Shown here: positions 61,086-64,000 of the stretch, one piece after another
Layout: every line of letters begins with the position of its first letter
Numbering within the stretch: the first letter of the stretch is position 1
NCBI RefSeq assembly: GCF_963921235.1
Contig: NC_086097.1
Location: 172,548,001-172,612,000, forward strand
Length of the DNA stretch: 64,000 bases
Origin: Mobula hypostoma
Taxonomy: Eukaryota
Direction of reading: 5' to 3'
The notes under the pieces: generated by a model
What the model was told of the DNA's origin: nothing
Database searches by the model: none
The model's input: the letters and a program-made list of their open reading frames with translations, nothing else
Program-made: the position numbers and the translations under genes

Positions 61086-62549
61086 GAATGAGTCATTTTA
61101 TTTCCAGGGAAGCAACACAGTCTGGAACGAAACTTGATACAAAATCTTACAGTGAAGCCTTGTAACATACAGCGCAGTTTTCTAAAAAAAAGAATTCATC
61201 AGTCACAGGCAAGAGAATAATGGTGCATTCTCATGCACCAGGAATGTCTGGATGTTCAGCTATGGCTTTACAGAAACAAACATTGTACTAAGAAAAAAAG
61301 TCATAAATTATCTTTCACCTTGAATTTAGCTGACTAGATATTTTCACGTCAAAAGTGCAATGTTTTGAATACATACCGGTTGGATTAATAACCTCTTAAA
61401 ACATTATCCCCTGCTTTGCTCCCAAACATTATGATATATTAGTTCTTAATGTCTTGCCATAATCTATTCCCTTTTCCAGATGGAAATAATTTTCTCCCAA
61501 TATTTTTTATAAAATTTGCCCTGTCCTCCACTTGCCAACAGAGCATTTCCTGGAATGCATTAACATTTCAATTCCTGTTTGCATTAGTCTCTCAAAGCCC
61601 ACAAGATCAAATCTATAAAGGATCAAAAATAAATACATCGCTTCTCAGCACAACTGCAATCCAGTGAATGGTTTTTAATAGTGTTTGCTCCATTTCCCCA
61701 GAGAGGGTTCAAACTTCGGGGGATATCATATGCAGAAGTGATGGTAAAGTGATGAATTACAGGTTTCCAATCAAACAAACCCAAATATTACACTGACATA
61801 TTTTTGACATGGACCACAGCACAGAGAAGGGGGAGCTGCTTCACTAATCTCAATGAAGAATGACTTTTCTACAGTCAAATATGACTTGCAATTTGTGCAC
61901 AGCATTTAAATAGACCATTTTGCGCAACTGATCTATGTTTCATCCCCACTCCTATCATGGATAAAATGGTAAATTGGTTTTTATCATCACATGCACGAAG
62001 GTACAGTGAAAAGCTTTGTTTTGCTTGCTATCCATACAGATTATTTCATCACAACCGTATATTGAGGCAGTACAAGAGAAAAGCAATAACAGAATGCAGA
62101 ACGAAGTATTCAGAGCAGGCAGACAATAAGGTGCAAGGGTATGACAAGGTAGGTTGTGAGGTCAAGAGTCCACTTTTTCATATAGAGGACAGTTCAATAG
62201 TCTTATAAAAGCCGTCCTTGAGCCTGATGCTCTGTGTTTTCAGGCTTTTGCATTGCCAGGAATATGTTGATCAGGTGACTGTATGACAAGTATCCTGAGG
62301 TCTACTACTTTGAGTTAGTGATACGAGTTTGATTCCTACCACAATGGTTGAGAAATTAACTTTGAATAAATCAAAACATCTGCTATAAAATGCTGATGAA
62401 ATTGTTATACAGACTAATGCCCTGAGGAGAAAGAAATCTGGTACAGTATTTCATTCTGTCTGACCTAAATGCAATCTACAGCAATGAAGCTGACCCATTA
62501 AAAAGGCCCAGCAAGCCATCCAGTCCAAGGGCAAATAGGGATGATGATA

Positions 62550-64000
62550 ACTGCTGTCCTGGCCAATGAAACACATCAGCTCCTGCCTGAGAATCGAATT
62601 GGATCCACTCCAACTGGCCCACTGCAGCAACAGGTCCACAGCAGATGCCATCTCATCAGCTCCTCACTCAACCCTGGAGCACCTGAACAGCAGCAACGCA
62701 TACATCAGGATACTCTTCACCAACTACAGCTCAGCATTTAGTACCATCATCTCCTCAACACTAACCAATAAGCTCAAGTCCCTGGCCTCAATACTTCCTT
62801 CTGCAATTGGATGCTTGATTTCGTCACTTGCAGACCCCAGCAAGTTTGGATTGGCAAAAGCATCTCCCCTACAGTCTCCATCAGCACAGGTGCACCACAA
62901 GGCGGTGTGCTTAGCCCCTGCTCTATTCACTTTACACTAATAACTGTGTGTCTATATTCAGCTCCAATGCCATATTTAAGTTTTCTGATGATACCACTAC
63001 CGCCGATGAATCAGCATATAAGAGAGAGACTGAAAAACTGGCTGAGTGGTGTCATAACAGCAATCTCATACTCAATGTCAGCAAGACCAGGGGGTTGATT
63101 ATTGACTTTGGGGGGAGCAAACCTGAAGTCTGTCATGATTGTAAATGAAGCCACCGGAAAGACATAGCTAGTAGATATAAACATCTTTATTCAGGACACA
63201 CACAAGCTGACAGCCTTTGGAGTCACTTGAGACAGAGAGAGAGAGAGAGAGAGAGGCTCTCCAACCAACATTACAGCGCTTTTTTATATGTTAAACAAAG
63301 GTAACATTACAATTTATATAGCTACAATGCTTTCATAATGCTCCTTTTGAGTTACATGTAATATTTCAAATGTCTGGATCTTCCCACCAACACGCACAAA
63401 ATGAATGTTAATTACTGTGATCTCAGAGTCAAATTCATGACCATGCAGAATCTCAGGTCATAGGGATGTCATTTGCATTCATGCATACGCAGACATCTCA
63501 GTCAATTGGGTACTTCCTGATCTGCCATTTATTCTAAAATGAAGCTTCAGGAAGTCTATTGTTCTGAGCTACATTTTAAATTCAATCTACAATCCATATT
63601 CAGATCTGAAGACTGGTAGCTGTTGAAATTAATATTTCCAATCTTGCATATCTCCAGAATACGCTCTGATAAAGTCTATGAGGCAGTCCTCATTGGAGGA
63701 TCAGTGTTAGAGAGGGTCAGCAACTTTAAATTTCTTGATGTTATTGTTCAGAGGACCTGTCCTGGGACTTGTACGTAAATGCAACTATACAGAAAGCACA
63801 GTAGCTCCTCTACTTCCTCAGGAGTTTGCAAAGATTTGTCATGTCATCTAAAATTTTGACAAACTTCTGTAGATGTATAGTGGAAAGTATATTAACTGCA
63901 TGAATCACAGTCTACCATGGAAATACCAGTGACCTTGAATAGAAAATCCTACAAAAAGTAACAGAAATGGCCCAATCCATCAAGAGGAAAGAACCTCCCC
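62550..64000 (+). mobile_element. Rex/Babar-type LINE RT region, interrupted at 63131-63671, running off the window
   Basis: [48 protein letters not shown]. Confidence 0.8.
63131..63671 (-). mobile_element. 541-bp probable solo LTR containing (GA)n
   Basis: 5-bp TSD aagtc at 63126-63130 and 63672-63676; termini tgtca...tgata; minus-strand AATAAA at about 63186-63191. Confidence 0.6.

Overview
Eukaryotic, non-genic window that is almost entirely transposable-element DNA. The repeat mix (CR1, Rex/Babar-type, L1 and Penelope-like retroelements, a V-SINE, Gypsy, Harbinger, Tigger) suggests a vertebrate, probably a cartilaginous fish; this is an inference. I found no convincing host exon, tRNA, rRNA or CRISPR. 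Main elements: (1) a full-length L1-clade LINE (4264-10084, minus) with a 15-bp TSD, inserted in a CR1; (2) a near-intact full-length CR1 (about 50007-54526, minus) with an esterase ORF1 and EN-RT ORF2, broken only by three in-frame stops; (3) a 5'-truncated Gypsy pol with PPT and 3' LTR (55147-58763); (4) a five-level nest at 31-35 kb (CR1 > solo LTR > Harbinger > Tigger > 103-bp ribozyme-bearing insert). Best leads: short Penelope-derived inserts built around a minimal hammerhead ribozyme, whose 5' ends repeatedly fall at the ribozyme; an in-phase G_GGU_UUA_AAC_UAA slippery site at the CR1 ORF1/ORF2 overlap, a candidate programmed -1 frameshift; and a Tigger3/MER7-like MITE resembling the mammalian consensus as I recall it. 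Boundaries of old degenerate fragments are approximate and were read by eye.
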